NCBI GenBank assembly: GCA_012295275.1
Contig: CM022673.1
Coordinates: 26,536,001-26,600,000, forward strand
Source of the DNA: Chrysomallon squamiferum
Lineage: Eukaryota; Animalia; Mollusca
Length of the DNA: 64,000 bases
Direction: 5' to 3'
Part shown: one piece after another, positions 1-13,500 of the stretch
Position numbering within the stretch: position 1 is the first letter of the stretch
How the letters are laid out: every line of letters starts with the position of its first letter
The notes under the pieces: generated by a model
Seen by the model: the letters and a program-made list of their open reading frames with translations, nothing else
What the model was told of the DNA's origin: nothing
The model's database searches: none
Position numbers and translations under genes: made by a program

Positions 1-894
1 ATGAAATAAAACAATAATAAACATTTTTTTGCTGGATAAAAACACAGACACACCTTAGTGTTGTTTAGTTATTAAATTACAGTTCTCATCAGCTACTGAG
101 TAAGAAAAACATTTCTCACAGTTCAGGGTTTGATGACTGAAACAATAGATGTTTGGTCAACCGAAATCTCACTCTGTAGAAAACAGCAAAAAAAACCTGA
201 TTTGCAGTTTACATCATCTTGTTCACAGATCATGTTGATTTAAATTTCATTTAAAAAAAAATAGAGTTACAAGGATTTTATAAAATATTGTGGTAATATG
301 ACGGATTTGGGAAATAACTGATTACAGTGTTAAAATATCAGTTTTATTCTGAATGCTGATTTGTAAGTGAGGCTCTTTTGTCTGTATTGGGCCATTCAAC
401 CTGAGCAGGATATTATCAGTGACATCTTAAGACAGTTATTTATTTTCTCCTGCAGTCCTGAATAACACAAAAACTAAATGAAATTAACGTTTTAAAATTT
501 TTTTCATTTCTTCCATCACAGTTTTCAAAAGTATAGATTTATGCATAGATTTAAAAAAAAAAAAGAGGTTCTAAAATAACAACAAAATATTTATCTCTCT
601 CTCTTTATTTCTTTTTTTAAATGAAAACGTAGATTTTAACAATGTAACTTTGAAAATAATACCAGCACATGAATGTTTTGACTCAACAATGAATGCCAGC
701 AATGTGAAATCTGTCATTGCATATCAATTGTTGTTTGTGTGTGTGTGTGTGGGGGTTATACTGCATACCACATTTCTGATATATGGTATCTGTTAATACT
801 AGAATGTATTCAGATAGCATGAACCAAAAACAATCAATATTCTTCAATGAATTTTATTTTAATTAGTACATGTTTTTTTCTTTTTTTCTTACAG

Positions 895-937
895 CATTGG
901 TTGGATCCTACGAAACAGGTTAAAAAACAAGTTAAAA
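895..937 (+). CDS. EPB41L5: EPB41L5 exon (FERM N lobe, [14 protein letters not shown])
   Basis: ttttcttacag acceptor, gtaagc donor, 43 nt. Confidence 0.9.
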
Positions 938-1156
938 GTAAGCATTGTAATTACACATTCTATTCCAGATTTTTATATGTTGTAGTCTGTTAACAAATAA
1001 CTGTGTCATAAAAATAATAATCTTAACTATCTGAAAACACATAAATAAAATTCAGAATTCTTAAGCAGTATGAAGATTAAAGTATTGTTTTCTTTAGTTT
1101 ATTTCAGATTAATTTAAATAAAATTTTAATTTAAAGAAAAACTGTCATTTTGTTCA

Positions 1157-1190
<34 letters not shown>

Positions 1191-4100
1191 TTATTTGGAT
1201 TTTTCCTTCAGTAATGTAAATTCAGTTCCTTGACTTAAACCTTTCTTCTCTGTACAAGGCTTTGTTACAACTTAATTAAAATATTTTTTTCTATTTTTTT
1301 AACCTACTGATAATTCTGAATGAAAGATTATCTGGCTAACTCAGGAATCTAATTAAATTAAATTTTCTTCTAGATTATTCTTCTTTAAATGTACATCTTA
1401 TTTATTAATAATAATAAAACTTGGTATTGTGTACACCATTTCGATTTATTTTGTTTTTATCCAAGAACATTTTTTTTTTTGTATAATCCAGACAGATCTC
1501 ACTCTTGTTTCATATTGATTATGTCTTACATGCCTTCCACAGTCTGTACTGATAAGAATATATAGATTTTTTGGTAAAGATAAAAAAAACCAAAAAAAAC
1601 AACCTCATTTTATTATTGTACATGGTCTGCTTTCCGGTGATAGAATAATTAGGATTGTGAGTCAGGATAATAGCATCTGTTTTGTTATGACAACTGATAC
1701 TACATTCCAAAAGCTGTCATGTAACTTCTAAATCAATACCTGTTGATCAGTTAGTGCTAAAGTATGGGATTTTAAAATTGCTGGGCGTTATGTTTATCTG
1801 AATTATAAAGGTGAAGGAAAGTATATCTTTAAAAAAAAAAAAAAATTCTTTTGACAAAACTAATTTAAAGAATATAATATCAGCTGATAGAACTGATGTT
1901 AGTAAACTGTGATTACCAGACATCATAATAATGTTATAACAGCTCTGCATTCAGATAATAGATCTATTATTATTTTAATCACAATTCCTTTGTTGATTTT
2001 TCCCCCACATAATTGAAATTTCTGTAGTCTCAATACTTTTATTTACACTTTCATTATGTTTTAAATTTGTTTTTCAAATTCATATTTCAGTCGGTCCTCC
2101 ATATTCCTTCAGATTTCGTGTTAAGTTTTATTCTTCTGAGCCAAATACCCTGAGAGAAGAATTGACAAGGTGAGAATGTATTTAAATAAAATATTTCACA
2201 AAGCACAGGAATGTTCACTACACGAAATCTCTTATACTCAGACAAATAGACTGGTGAATGTTGAATGTGATTTGATATTGAAAATGTTAGCCTCTCTTGC
2301 ATATAATGTAATAAAAATATATTTGTTCAAAATTCTGCTGTACATTTGTAGTTAAAATTTTAAAATGGACTCATATGAAGCCAAACAAAGTCAGGGATAA
2401 TTAAATATTTTTAAAACAAAATACACCTTCAGCAGGTGTGAATTATGGGCGTGTGACAAGAAAAGTAAAATAATTTTTTCTAGTTCAATAATTTATTACC
2501 ATGACGTTCATGATTAATATAACTTTAAAGAAAAAAATATTCCAAATTTTCATTGTAAATAGAGTATATTTTAAAAGATAAATTCAGTTTAATTTAATAA
2601 TTCGAGAATAATAAGTTAAAATTCTAGATAAGAAAAGATTTAAGTATAAAGACAAGTTCATTCATGATTAACATGTTCTTTCACAGGGGAAAGAGCTTTG
2701 ATGACAAATTTATTTTGTTACGGGATACAAGGAGAGTATTTTTGATGTAGAAATGTTTCTGTTTCAGGTACCAGTTTTTTCTGCAGCTCAAACAGGACAT
2801 ATACACTGGAAGACTGCCATGTTCAGAAGAAATTCTTGTCCAGCTGTGTGCATATGCACTCCAGTGTGAGTACCTTTAGACAGTCACATGTTTTATTTAT
2901 TTCTCTGAATTACACAGATACATTTTAATCAATTGTAAAATGAACATGACCCTGTCAGTTCAGCCATGTTTTGTCATTTTAAGAATACGTTTTTTTTTTT
3001 TGTTTTTTTTTTGTTGAGAAATTTATTGACTAATTTCGGTGGTAATAGATTGGAATTCAGATATTACTGGAACTGAGACAGAACGTGTTTGTCATGCACA
3101 CACTCGTTTACCTTTGTGTTGCATTCAGAATGTCTCGCTCTGTATCATGTTAGCTGAAATACCGTAACCTTCACTTCAGTCAGTCACTCATATTTATCAC
3201 TGTCTGGGGCATGAAGTAATAAAACAGTTGAAAATAAATTGCACTGAAACTTTAAATGGCTGGTTGTTGTGAGGTTTTTCTGTGATGAATTTCTGCTGGT
3301 ACTGGATTACATGTCTGGGTTTTGTTTGTGGAAAGTTAACTGCTGCATATTCTATTTTATTATAATTATAGTTATTGGTGTTTTTTTTGTTGTTTGTTTG
3401 TTTTAACTTGTGGTATCTATACCAGTTGAGTGATAACCTTTTTGTGTACGTAATAAATAAACAGATTGTAATGCCAGACAAGTTAAGCTGTCAATGTTTT
3501 TATGTCTGACAGATAGCGGGTTCAAATCTCTGTTCCTGACTACACAGAACTGATTTAAGAGGATATGTTATCATCTGTTTGCTTCTTCAAAAAATTGCCC
3601 TTGTCTTGGTAGTTAACTCTGACTTCTGGAATGTGGACTTAATTCTTGTTTGAACTTTTAGTTGATAAAGAATGTATCACACCGTGATTGATTACCCAGT
3701 TGGATTTAGTTTTTTGTGTGTGTTTTCAATTCATGGATGTGTTTAAATGTACAGCAAGATTAAGATAGAATGTGTTGATAATGAGCGAAGTCTTTCTGTC
3801 TCCTTTTCTTACTCACTCACTATCCATTTTTCTTTCTGTCACAAACATACTGACATACAGACACCCACACACACGTAAACAACAAAACACCATACAAAGA
3901 CACATTCTTTATTTTCTTTTTTTTCCCCCATTTACCTTCCATTCATTTCCTTCTTATCATTTCACAGTCTAGAATCACATTCATAATACTTGTAAAGGAA
4001 CCAAATTGAATTTAAATCCAAACAGATTTGTTCTATTGTAATATCTGTTTATAAGTAATAGCGGTTCCTCTATGTATGTATACATATAATTAACATGTTT

Positions 4101-4509
4101 CTGTAAGCAAGCTTATCTGACATCCCAGGTCAAGACAATGTGAGCCTGATTCAGATTACCACATGGGGGACTGGGATAATGAACTGTAACCCGAGTCTGA
4201 AACCTTTGTCAGTTTTCAGGGGAAACCTCTAAGTAAATGTTACAACAGCCATAACTCTGATACAGGGTCAAAGGTTAGACGTAAATTCTGTGAATGCCAG
4301 GGTTTAAAAGGAAGAAGTTTTAATATGAAAAGTGGAAATTATTGATGATAAATGTTATACCTGCCTACTGTGTGAATGAAAATTGTGTTGTCTTTAAATT
4401 ACGCTTCTGAGTAAAGTTAACAGCAATATATAGAGGATTGTGGTATGTGTTTGTATGTATATCTGTGATCTTGTATTACATTAGCATGTCTCTGTATCTA
4501 AGAGTAAGG

Positions 4510-4572
<63 letters not shown>

Positions 4573-7500
4573 ACAAGAGAGAGAGGGAGAGAGAGAGAAT
4601 GTCTTGTATGCATATAATTATGAATTTTTACCAGTTGTAACTATTTGAAACTCTACAAAAAGAAACAAATTACTTCAGAATTTTGAGAATGGATGTGTGC
4701 TTATTTCTGGTGTACTTAAGATCAGGTTCTGGGAATTTATTTCTTGTTTGCTCCAACATGAACTTAATCAATTTCTGATAAAAGTAAACAAACAAAACAA
4801 TCTGAACATATTTTCAGCAGTGTTCAGCTAATTAATGCTGTGCCATGAATTATGGAAATAAGCAGCAGAGAAATTCTCTAGGGAAGAAAACCAATAGAAC
4901 AAAGTCTCCTTAGAAAATGAAATTACCATGCGAAATATCTTACCTCTGGACAGAACACACTAATTATAGTTGTGTCTTTGGTGTGTGTGTGTGTTGTGTG
5001 TGTTGTGTGTATGTGTTGTGTTTGTGTGATCTTGACCTTGACCTTGTATCAACATGTCTGCTACCTTTCTTTCTGATCTCCCTCTGCAGAAATTCAGTTA
5101 GTGTTAATAACCTGACCCATATTCAGTGCATAATTTAAACTTGCATATGACAGGTTTTCTATGTTTGATTCACAAATGTTTTTTTTTTATTTTAGTTACA
5201 AAAAAAAAAAAAAAAAAAAAAAAAATATTTAAGTGTTTTCTTTATTTCACAATACACTAAGTTATTTTCTTTGTATGGAAAAAAAACTTGTTACATTAAC
5301 AAAGTTTAATCCAGCGAGGAAAATGATTTAAAAAAATATAAGTCATTATTGATTCTTTATACAAGTGTGTGTTTTATTATCAATTTATATACATGTATCT
5401 ACATTGATGAGAGTGTGTATGTTAAAGTATTATTTATTGATGTGCAGTTTCTGGGAGACTGTAAATATCTAGCCCCCCCACCACCAAAAAAAAAAAGAAG
5501 TAAGTAAATAATTGTTAAAAATCACTAAGTGCAACCAGTTAATGACAACTTTGGTTATTTTATCTGTCTGAGAAAAAGGTTATATATTAAAAATATGTAA
5601 ACAAGTAGAGTCAGTTTTCTCAGACTGTTTTTTTTCTTCTTGAGGACAGTTGTTTTATCACTCAGCATGTTTGATTACTTCGTACGTTGTTTGTTTTCAG
5701 CGGAGTTGGGTGACTATGATCCTGAAGTGCACACCCCAGGCTACATCTCTGAATTTCGCTTCATTCCAAATCAAACTGAAGAGTTGGAACTGGCTATTCA
5801 TGAAGAGTTTAAAAAGTGCAGGTCAGTGTTTACATGACAAAAAAAATAAAACTGTTGTCACCTTGCTTGTTAAAAGAAAAAACATCGAAATGATGAGTTT
5901 TGAATTGTGTGACTCCTTTAAAAGATGTTTAAAAAAATAAAAACATTGAGTTTTGCTTTTATTGACTGGCTTGTTAGTAAAGGAGATATATTAGTAACTG
6001 AGGAATAAATCACTTAAAACACACATTGATATCTCTTTCGCCCTGTTATCTACAGTGAACTAGGATAGAGAATTAGAAATGAAAAACTGAAAACTGGACA
6101 AGCCTGGACAAACTCATGAGTCAAGATTCATGTGAAATTATAACATAATTTTAATGTATTTAAATGAAACACTAATTTTGTTTCAAGTTGATGCTGTTTC
6201 AGTGATTGTGTGTTTCTTTGTGTTTCAGAGGTATGACGCCAGCTCAGGCTGAAATGGAGTATCTCAGCAAAGCGAAGTGGTTGGAGATGTATGGAGTCGA
6301 CATGCACACTGTCATGGTGGGTTTCTTCTCTTTGTGTCCTGAGATACCACACACACATTTACACCAGGCAGAATGGCCGAAAGTTGCATCACCCATCTTG
6401 AGTTATCCATAAAAAAAACACCCAATCAATATGCTATATAAAGACATTCCACAATTATTTTATTAAAAAAATTATCTGCTTTGGTTCAAAGGTTTAAAAT
6501 AATTTAACAAACTTTTTATATAAGAAGTTAACAGATGTTGTTAAAAAAATAATATTATTTTGAACTGTGTTGTTTAACATAGCTGAGTATTTTTCAGTTT
6601 CCAAACACAGAAGAGTTTAAAAAAAATATTTAACCAGCTGCATCCACCTTCTTGTTTTAACTAGTTCCATTTACAACTTAATTTCACCTTACTGATTCTC
6701 TTAACTTCATTAGAGTTGTTTTTAATCTGTTCACCTAATTACAGTCTAGATTTTTGTTATCTTTTCATTATATTTATTAAATCCTTGAAGACAGTTTTAA
6801 AATACTGGAATTATAATTAAGTTTTTTAAGATAACTAATTTTAATATATTGTATGTTTTTTCTAATTAAAAGTAAGAAATATAAATGATTGTGTTTTCAG
6901 GGGAGAGATAACTGTGAATACCGTCTAGGACTGACACCTACTGGAGTTCTCGTATTTGAGGGAAGCCAGAAAATTGGACTCTTTTTCTGGTATCTTTTTA
7001 AATATTACTTAAATAAATTGTCATTTACATCACCATTGCATGAACATGATAATTCTGTTAAAATAAATTGTCGAACACATCACTACAATGTGAACTTGAT
7101 AATTCTGTTAATTCCCAGTTCCTGCTTGAAATATAATGTTATCATTTCTAAAACAGAGTAAAAATATTTTTAAAATATGAAGTAACTGTAACTGTGTCTA
7201 TACAGTACATCGATGACCAGGTTAACTGATGAACTTGGAAAAATTAATTGATAAATGTAAAGATCAGTAACAGAGGAAGTCACAAAAGCTTTTTAAAATG
7301 CTAAATGTAATTTGAAGCACTGGCATAGTCAGGGTTTCACAAAAGTAGAGTGAGAGATGATACAACATTCAGGATATAACTTTCTGAATGAAATGAGATT
7401 CATTTTAAAGAATAAAACATCAAGAAAAAAAAAAAAGAAGAACTTTGTGACCCATTTTCAATTGACTGCTAGTATTGGTTACAAGAATTAAGTGTGCCAG

Positions 7501-10500
7501 TGTTGTTTCAGATGACTGAGAAAAAGAAAATGTTATTAATTCATGTTATATCTTCATAACATTTTTATTTTATTTTGACCTATGTTGTTTGTTTCAGGCC
7601 AAAAATGACCCGGTTAGACTTCAAAGGAAAGAAGCTTACCTTGGTTGCAGTTGAAGATGATGAAAGTGTAAGATGAACATTTTAGTTACAGTTATTTGAC
7701 CTGTTAATTAATAGATATAATCAAACATTCAGAAAAGTGAAAAAGGTTGATTATTTGTGATTGTAAATGTTTGTTCATAGAAACATTACCAGAATTGTCT
7801 TGACTTGAAATGTCAACTTTTAAAACTTGAAGCCTGTATTTGTAGAGGTCAGATGATAGCAAAAATGTCTGGTTCACTGGAGAATTTAACATAGCAGCAG
7901 TATTAAAGATGAATATTTTTTTTGTAACTTTTTGCTTGGTTTTTGTGGAGTCAGACATGTTATATTTGCCATCATGAATTTTTAATAATTTATAAATTAG
8001 AGCTCATCAAACAGTGTTTACTTATTTTCTGATTCAGAGCTTCTATTTTTCTGTCTTGTTCTGTTTTCCAAATACTTTTGGATTTCAATGATTAGGACTT
8101 CTTTTTATAGTTTTAAAAAAGATTTTTAATAATTACCTTTCTTTGAAAATTACCTTTGATTAATTTGTGTTTCTCTTTGAATAGCATAAAAAAATAATTT
8201 ATATATATATTTTTTTTAATAATTACATTTCTGTGAAAATTACCTTTGTTTAATTTGTGTGTGAAATTTGCTATTTTCCAGGGTAACAGCCAAGATCACC
8301 TGTTTGTGTTTCGCCTGCACAGTGAGAAGGCATGCAAGCACCTGTGGAAGTGTGCAGTGGAGCATCACGCGTTCTTCAGACTCAAAGGACCAGTGAAGGG
8401 TCCAAACGCCAGACAGAACTTCTTCCGCCTCGGCTCTCGATTCAGATACAGGTAAGTTTCGTCAAGTTTCAATCATGTTTCATCACATCTCATCAAGTTT
8501 CATCAAGTTTTCATCACGTTTCATCATGTTTCAATCAAGTTTCATCACATTTCATAAAGTTTCATCACATTTAATCAAGTTTCATCAAGTTTCATCACGT
8601 TTCATCAAGTTTCATCATGTTTAATCAAGTTTCATCAAGTTTCATCATGTTACATCAAGTTTCATTACGTTTCATCAAGTTTACACAACTCAAATACAAA
8701 TTACTCTTGTGTATGTGTGTCTGTATGTATGTAATGTTAAAACTGTCAATGAAATAAATAGTTAAATGTTTGTGTGTTTTATATATATGTAGGTAGATAT
8801 GTATGTATATGTACACCACTTAACTAAAATAATTTAATTTCATTGACAGTTATTATAGACATACTTTAACTATAAATAAATTCTAAATAATTTAATTGTA
8901 CAGACACCATTTACAGTCCAGTTCTTTGCTTTTATATGGCAACAACAACAGGAAGAATACTTAAGGGAAACAACTCTGCAGATTTTTTTTTTTTTTTTTT
9001 ATCTACCCTTATGATATTATCTAAATCTTTATTTATATTGCAATGATTTTTTTTCTCTCTGACAGCGGAAGGACGGAGTATCAGACAGCAACAATTAACC
9101 GTGCGCGAAGAAGTGTGAAGTTTGAGAGGAAACCAAGTCACAGGTATTCTCGCAGACCCACATTTGAGAGAGCAGAGAGAGAAGAAAAACTGAGACGAGA
9201 TCAGGAAAGAGCTGAGAAAAGAAAAGCTGCAGCTCAAGCAAGGTAAAATGTCCTCTGAAAATAGAGGAATTTTGTTTTTTAATATGTTACAACCTCCTTT
9301 CATCATTATTTTGAACGTTATTGTTGTTGTTGTTGTTGTTATTGTTATTTCAAGAAATTTTTTAATGTAAATTTCCCAGTTATTTCTAGGATTTTTTTTT
9401 TTTTTTTTTTTTTACCAAATATTTGTGTATCATTATTTATCTTTTTGTTTACTGGATATTTTGTATTATTATTTATCTTCTGTTTACTGGATATTTTGTA
9501 TTATTATTTATCTTCTGTTTACTGGATATTTTGTATCATTATTTATCTCCTGTTTACTGGATATTTTGTATCATTATTTATCTTCTGTTTACTGGATATT
9601 TTGTATTATTATTTATCTTTTTGTTTACTGAATATTTTGTATCATTATTTATCTCCTGTTTACTGGATGTTTTGTATCACAATTTATCTTCTGTTTACTG
9701 TATTTGTGTATCATTTATCTTCTATTTACTGGATATTTTGTATCATTATTTATCTTTTGTTTACTGGATATTTTGTATTATTATTTATCTTGTTTTTATG
9801 AGATATTTTGTGTTTTTTCTCAGAGAAGGAACTCGAGGCTCGTCTAAGACTGAAACAACAATCGATGCTCCAACCAGCCCAAGCAGCACAACTCCTGTTG
9901 TTGCCACGGTGAACGTCACCTCTCCCTCTGTGTCTGTTGCCACGGCAACAGTAGATGCTCCAGACGGTGTCGTGAAATCTCCCCCCATGTCTGCCATGGA
10001 CCGCCTGGACAGTTTGATCAAAGGATCTGATCATGTGACCGAGTATTCAACTCGCAGTTTACCGAGACCTTCGCCAAAACCATCCACAAGCTCGACTTCG
10101 GGTGCAGACATCAGCATAAAAGGTAAACAGCTTTAATATATAGTTTTAATATATATACAGATATATATATATATATTTTTTATCATTAATTAATTTTTAT
10201 AATTTTTTTTATCATGATATTATTACTGTTATTGTTATATTTAATAAATATAAATAATGTAAAATTTAAAATTTTGAATTTGTTGAACTTTATTTGATAT
10301 AAATTATAGTTCAGTGGTTAGATCACTGGACTGAGGTGTTGTGGGTCTCAGGTTCAGTCCTTCTTAATGTACAGGCTTTCCTTTTTGCCAATCAGATGGT
10401 GAACTCAGCATGACTGTGTTTTCTGATCTGTGATTTGAAATTTCATGTCACCTGGAAGACAGTGAGAAAATAAATTCTCTGCTGTCAGATAAATATAAGT

Positions 10501-13500
10501 AATACCTTGAGAACAGATGAGGCTTTTTATTTCAGCCTTTCTTACATAAGAAACACTTTTTTATTTTACTTTACCAGAAATATCAGTTAAAACTTACTAA
10601 TAAAGATATTCTAAGTATTCTATTGAACTAGAGCTCTTTGTAAATTAGGGTATTGCCTGATCAGTGAATATTAAAGTGTTTGTGGTGTAGTATTAATTCA
10701 GAGAGACTCTGTGTTTGTTGTTTTGTCTTCAGAAGCATCAGAGAAGGCGCAGGCTCGACTGAAAGGACTGGACGAAACGGTGCCTTCCATTGTGAAGCCA
10801 AAAGACGTGAACATGTTCAAGAACAACCAGGTGAAGTTTGCAGGGGGGTCCACCATCCCCCCAGATCAGATGAAGTGCAATATACTGAAGGCCAAAGTAG
10901 AAAATGATCTAAAGAAAGGTGATGTGCTGTTCCAGTACACAAATTTTTAATTTTTTTATTTTCATTTTTTAATCTGAACAAAGAATGTAATACCAATATA
11001 TTTGTATTAAAATTTCTTTCTTTTTTAAATTTTTAATTTTTTAATATTTTAATAAAAATTGTTTTATTTTAGAAAATTAAAACTCAAACTGTTCATATAT
11101 ATAATGTATTTATTTATTTATTTTTATAAATCCTAGTATCTTTAGAAATAAATTATAGTTGTTAAATTTATTTTGAGAAAATTCAAACAAAGAATATTTG
11201 TGTAAATCATTATTATTTCTTCTTTAAAAGAATTAAAACTGAGAGGGTGCTTATTTATAATTAGATTTTTAAAATAAATAACTAAAGATGAAAACAAAAT
11301 TTTTAAAGAATGTTTTTTATTTATTTTGATTATGTTTAATTACAGAGCCAGAAATTGTGTTGATGCCAGAGAAAAATAATCCAAATGAATCGGATGATCT
11401 TTCTCAAAAAAGGTATTTAAAAAATAAAATGAAAAATAATAATAGTTATTATTTTTACAGTTAAAATGTTTATTTGCTGATTTAATTTGTAAAGGTATTT
11501 GGTGTTATTTTTGTCTGTTTTAGTTTTGTTAGTCTAAACTGTAATTCAAGATTTTTACAACTTCAGTTCTCTCTACGAAAATAATATATAATGTAAAAAT
11601 AATACCAGTATATCATTTAGGGGTTTAAATAATAATAATAATATTTTTTTCTGAAAAAAAAAGATTAAATACATTTTTTGCATGAATATAATCTTTTGCA
11701 CACCCACACACACACACATATATATACAACTAAATAAAAATAATCACATATAAAAATAATTTTTTTTTATCTCTAGCTGAATATACCTCTTAATATATGC
11801 CTGACTAACAGTTAGGAAAGCTTGACAAAAGCTTTGTCTTTATGACTTATTAAAAATGGCTGGAGATATTTTGTGCTGTTAAAATAAGCTTCTTCAATGT
11901 ACATATTAGAAGGCTGCCATTTTGTGTGTTTTTTTAATTTTTGATTCAAGTTTTATTTTAATAATATCATCTATGTTTTTTTGGTTTTTTTTTTTCAAAG
12001 GCATTTTCTTAATCCATTGCTTTTTTTATTTTGTTATTCTGTTCATGGAAGATCTGTTGATTTTCTTCTACAACTTTAGAGTAACTTAGAACATGGAAAT
12101 CAGATCATTTAACTGAAACAAATCCATTTTCAGAAGCTGTTAACAGTGATTGTTTGTTATTCAAGAGATCTTCTTTGTGACAATTATTAATCAAAATTCT
12201 AAAAAAAATTTTTATTTTTTAAAATAAATTCAAAGTTTTCAGTTAGGTTAACATATACAGCAAATTTTTTACACAAATATTTTTGAAACATAAATTAAAC
12301 CATTTCAGTAATATTGATATTTTAAAAAATGTTCCCCAAACATATGTAAACCACACCTGGAATAAAAATGTTGCTATAAATAAAATGATAGGCGCAGTCT
12401 TTAAAAACTCACATTTTTTCCAAGCATTAAGAGTGTGTGTAAGAAAAGATGACATTTTGCATGTTGTTGCTTCCAGTGAATCTAGCCCTGATCTGTCAGA
12501 TACCAATGTTGAAAGTGAGGCTGAAGCCACAAGGTAGACCGATAAAGGCAGACATTTTTTACTAACCCACTCGTGTAGTTGTGTTTGTAACTAATATCAT
12601 TCTGTAGGTTCTGAGGTGTATTTAACTTCATACAAACTCATACAGACGTTCTTTATTTAACTTGCTGTCTATTAGTTTATCTATTTATAGTGGTAATGTT
12701 AGTGGTTGTTACATTTGTGAAGGAAAAAAAAAGGAAATAATTATGTTTATCAGTTTGTGTAATAAAAAATATAACAAATATATACATAAATTTTACGTGT
12801 ATTTTATAAACTAGTAATAATAATAATAATATATATAGTTATTATTGTAAAAAGGGCACACAAATATATGTTTTGTTTAATTTACATCAGTTATTTCTGT
12901 TGTGTTAATGGCTAACATCTGTAACAGAACACAAATATATTTAACTTCAGTTTTCTGTGGTAACAAAAACTTACATAACATTGTGATGTTTTCTTTTAAA
13001 CTTAAATATAGCCCTTTTTATTTAACCAGAATTATTTCATTTTGTATTAATAACTAATATATTGGAAAAACACACTCTAATGAGTTCTAATTAACTTTAT
13101 AAAAACTCATATATTTAGCTTAAATATATTTTGTATAATAAGTATTGTTTACTTTAAGGTACATACATAAATACACTTAACTCTTAACATGAATTTGTGT
13201 AATATCTAAATTAAAATTTTAGGTTTAATTAACTTTAAAAAAATATATAATAATTTTTATTTAGTTAGTGATTAACCAGTTTACAAATGACAAATATTTA
13301 CCTTATAAATGACTTTAAAGATTAACATTATTTCACCTGCCTGGTATTTAAATAATTAATTTTCAATGGAGAGAGTTTGAGGTCTTCATTAATTATAAAT
13401 TTCTTTAAAAACTTTCTCTTTTTTTCTTTAAGAAGTTAAATCCTATATAATTTGTAAATGACATTTATTTCAACTGAAAGTTGAAAAATGTCGAACTCTG

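Noticed and set aside
9423-9823. Hydrophobic N-terminal part of the 237-aa ORF and overlapping ORFs
   Set aside because: Translation of the stop-poor 35-bp minisatellite; only 9824-10122 is exon.
10300-10370. Functional tRNA gene
   Set aside because: Only degenerate A/B boxes; no cloverleaf or acceptor stem, so better explained as a SINE head.
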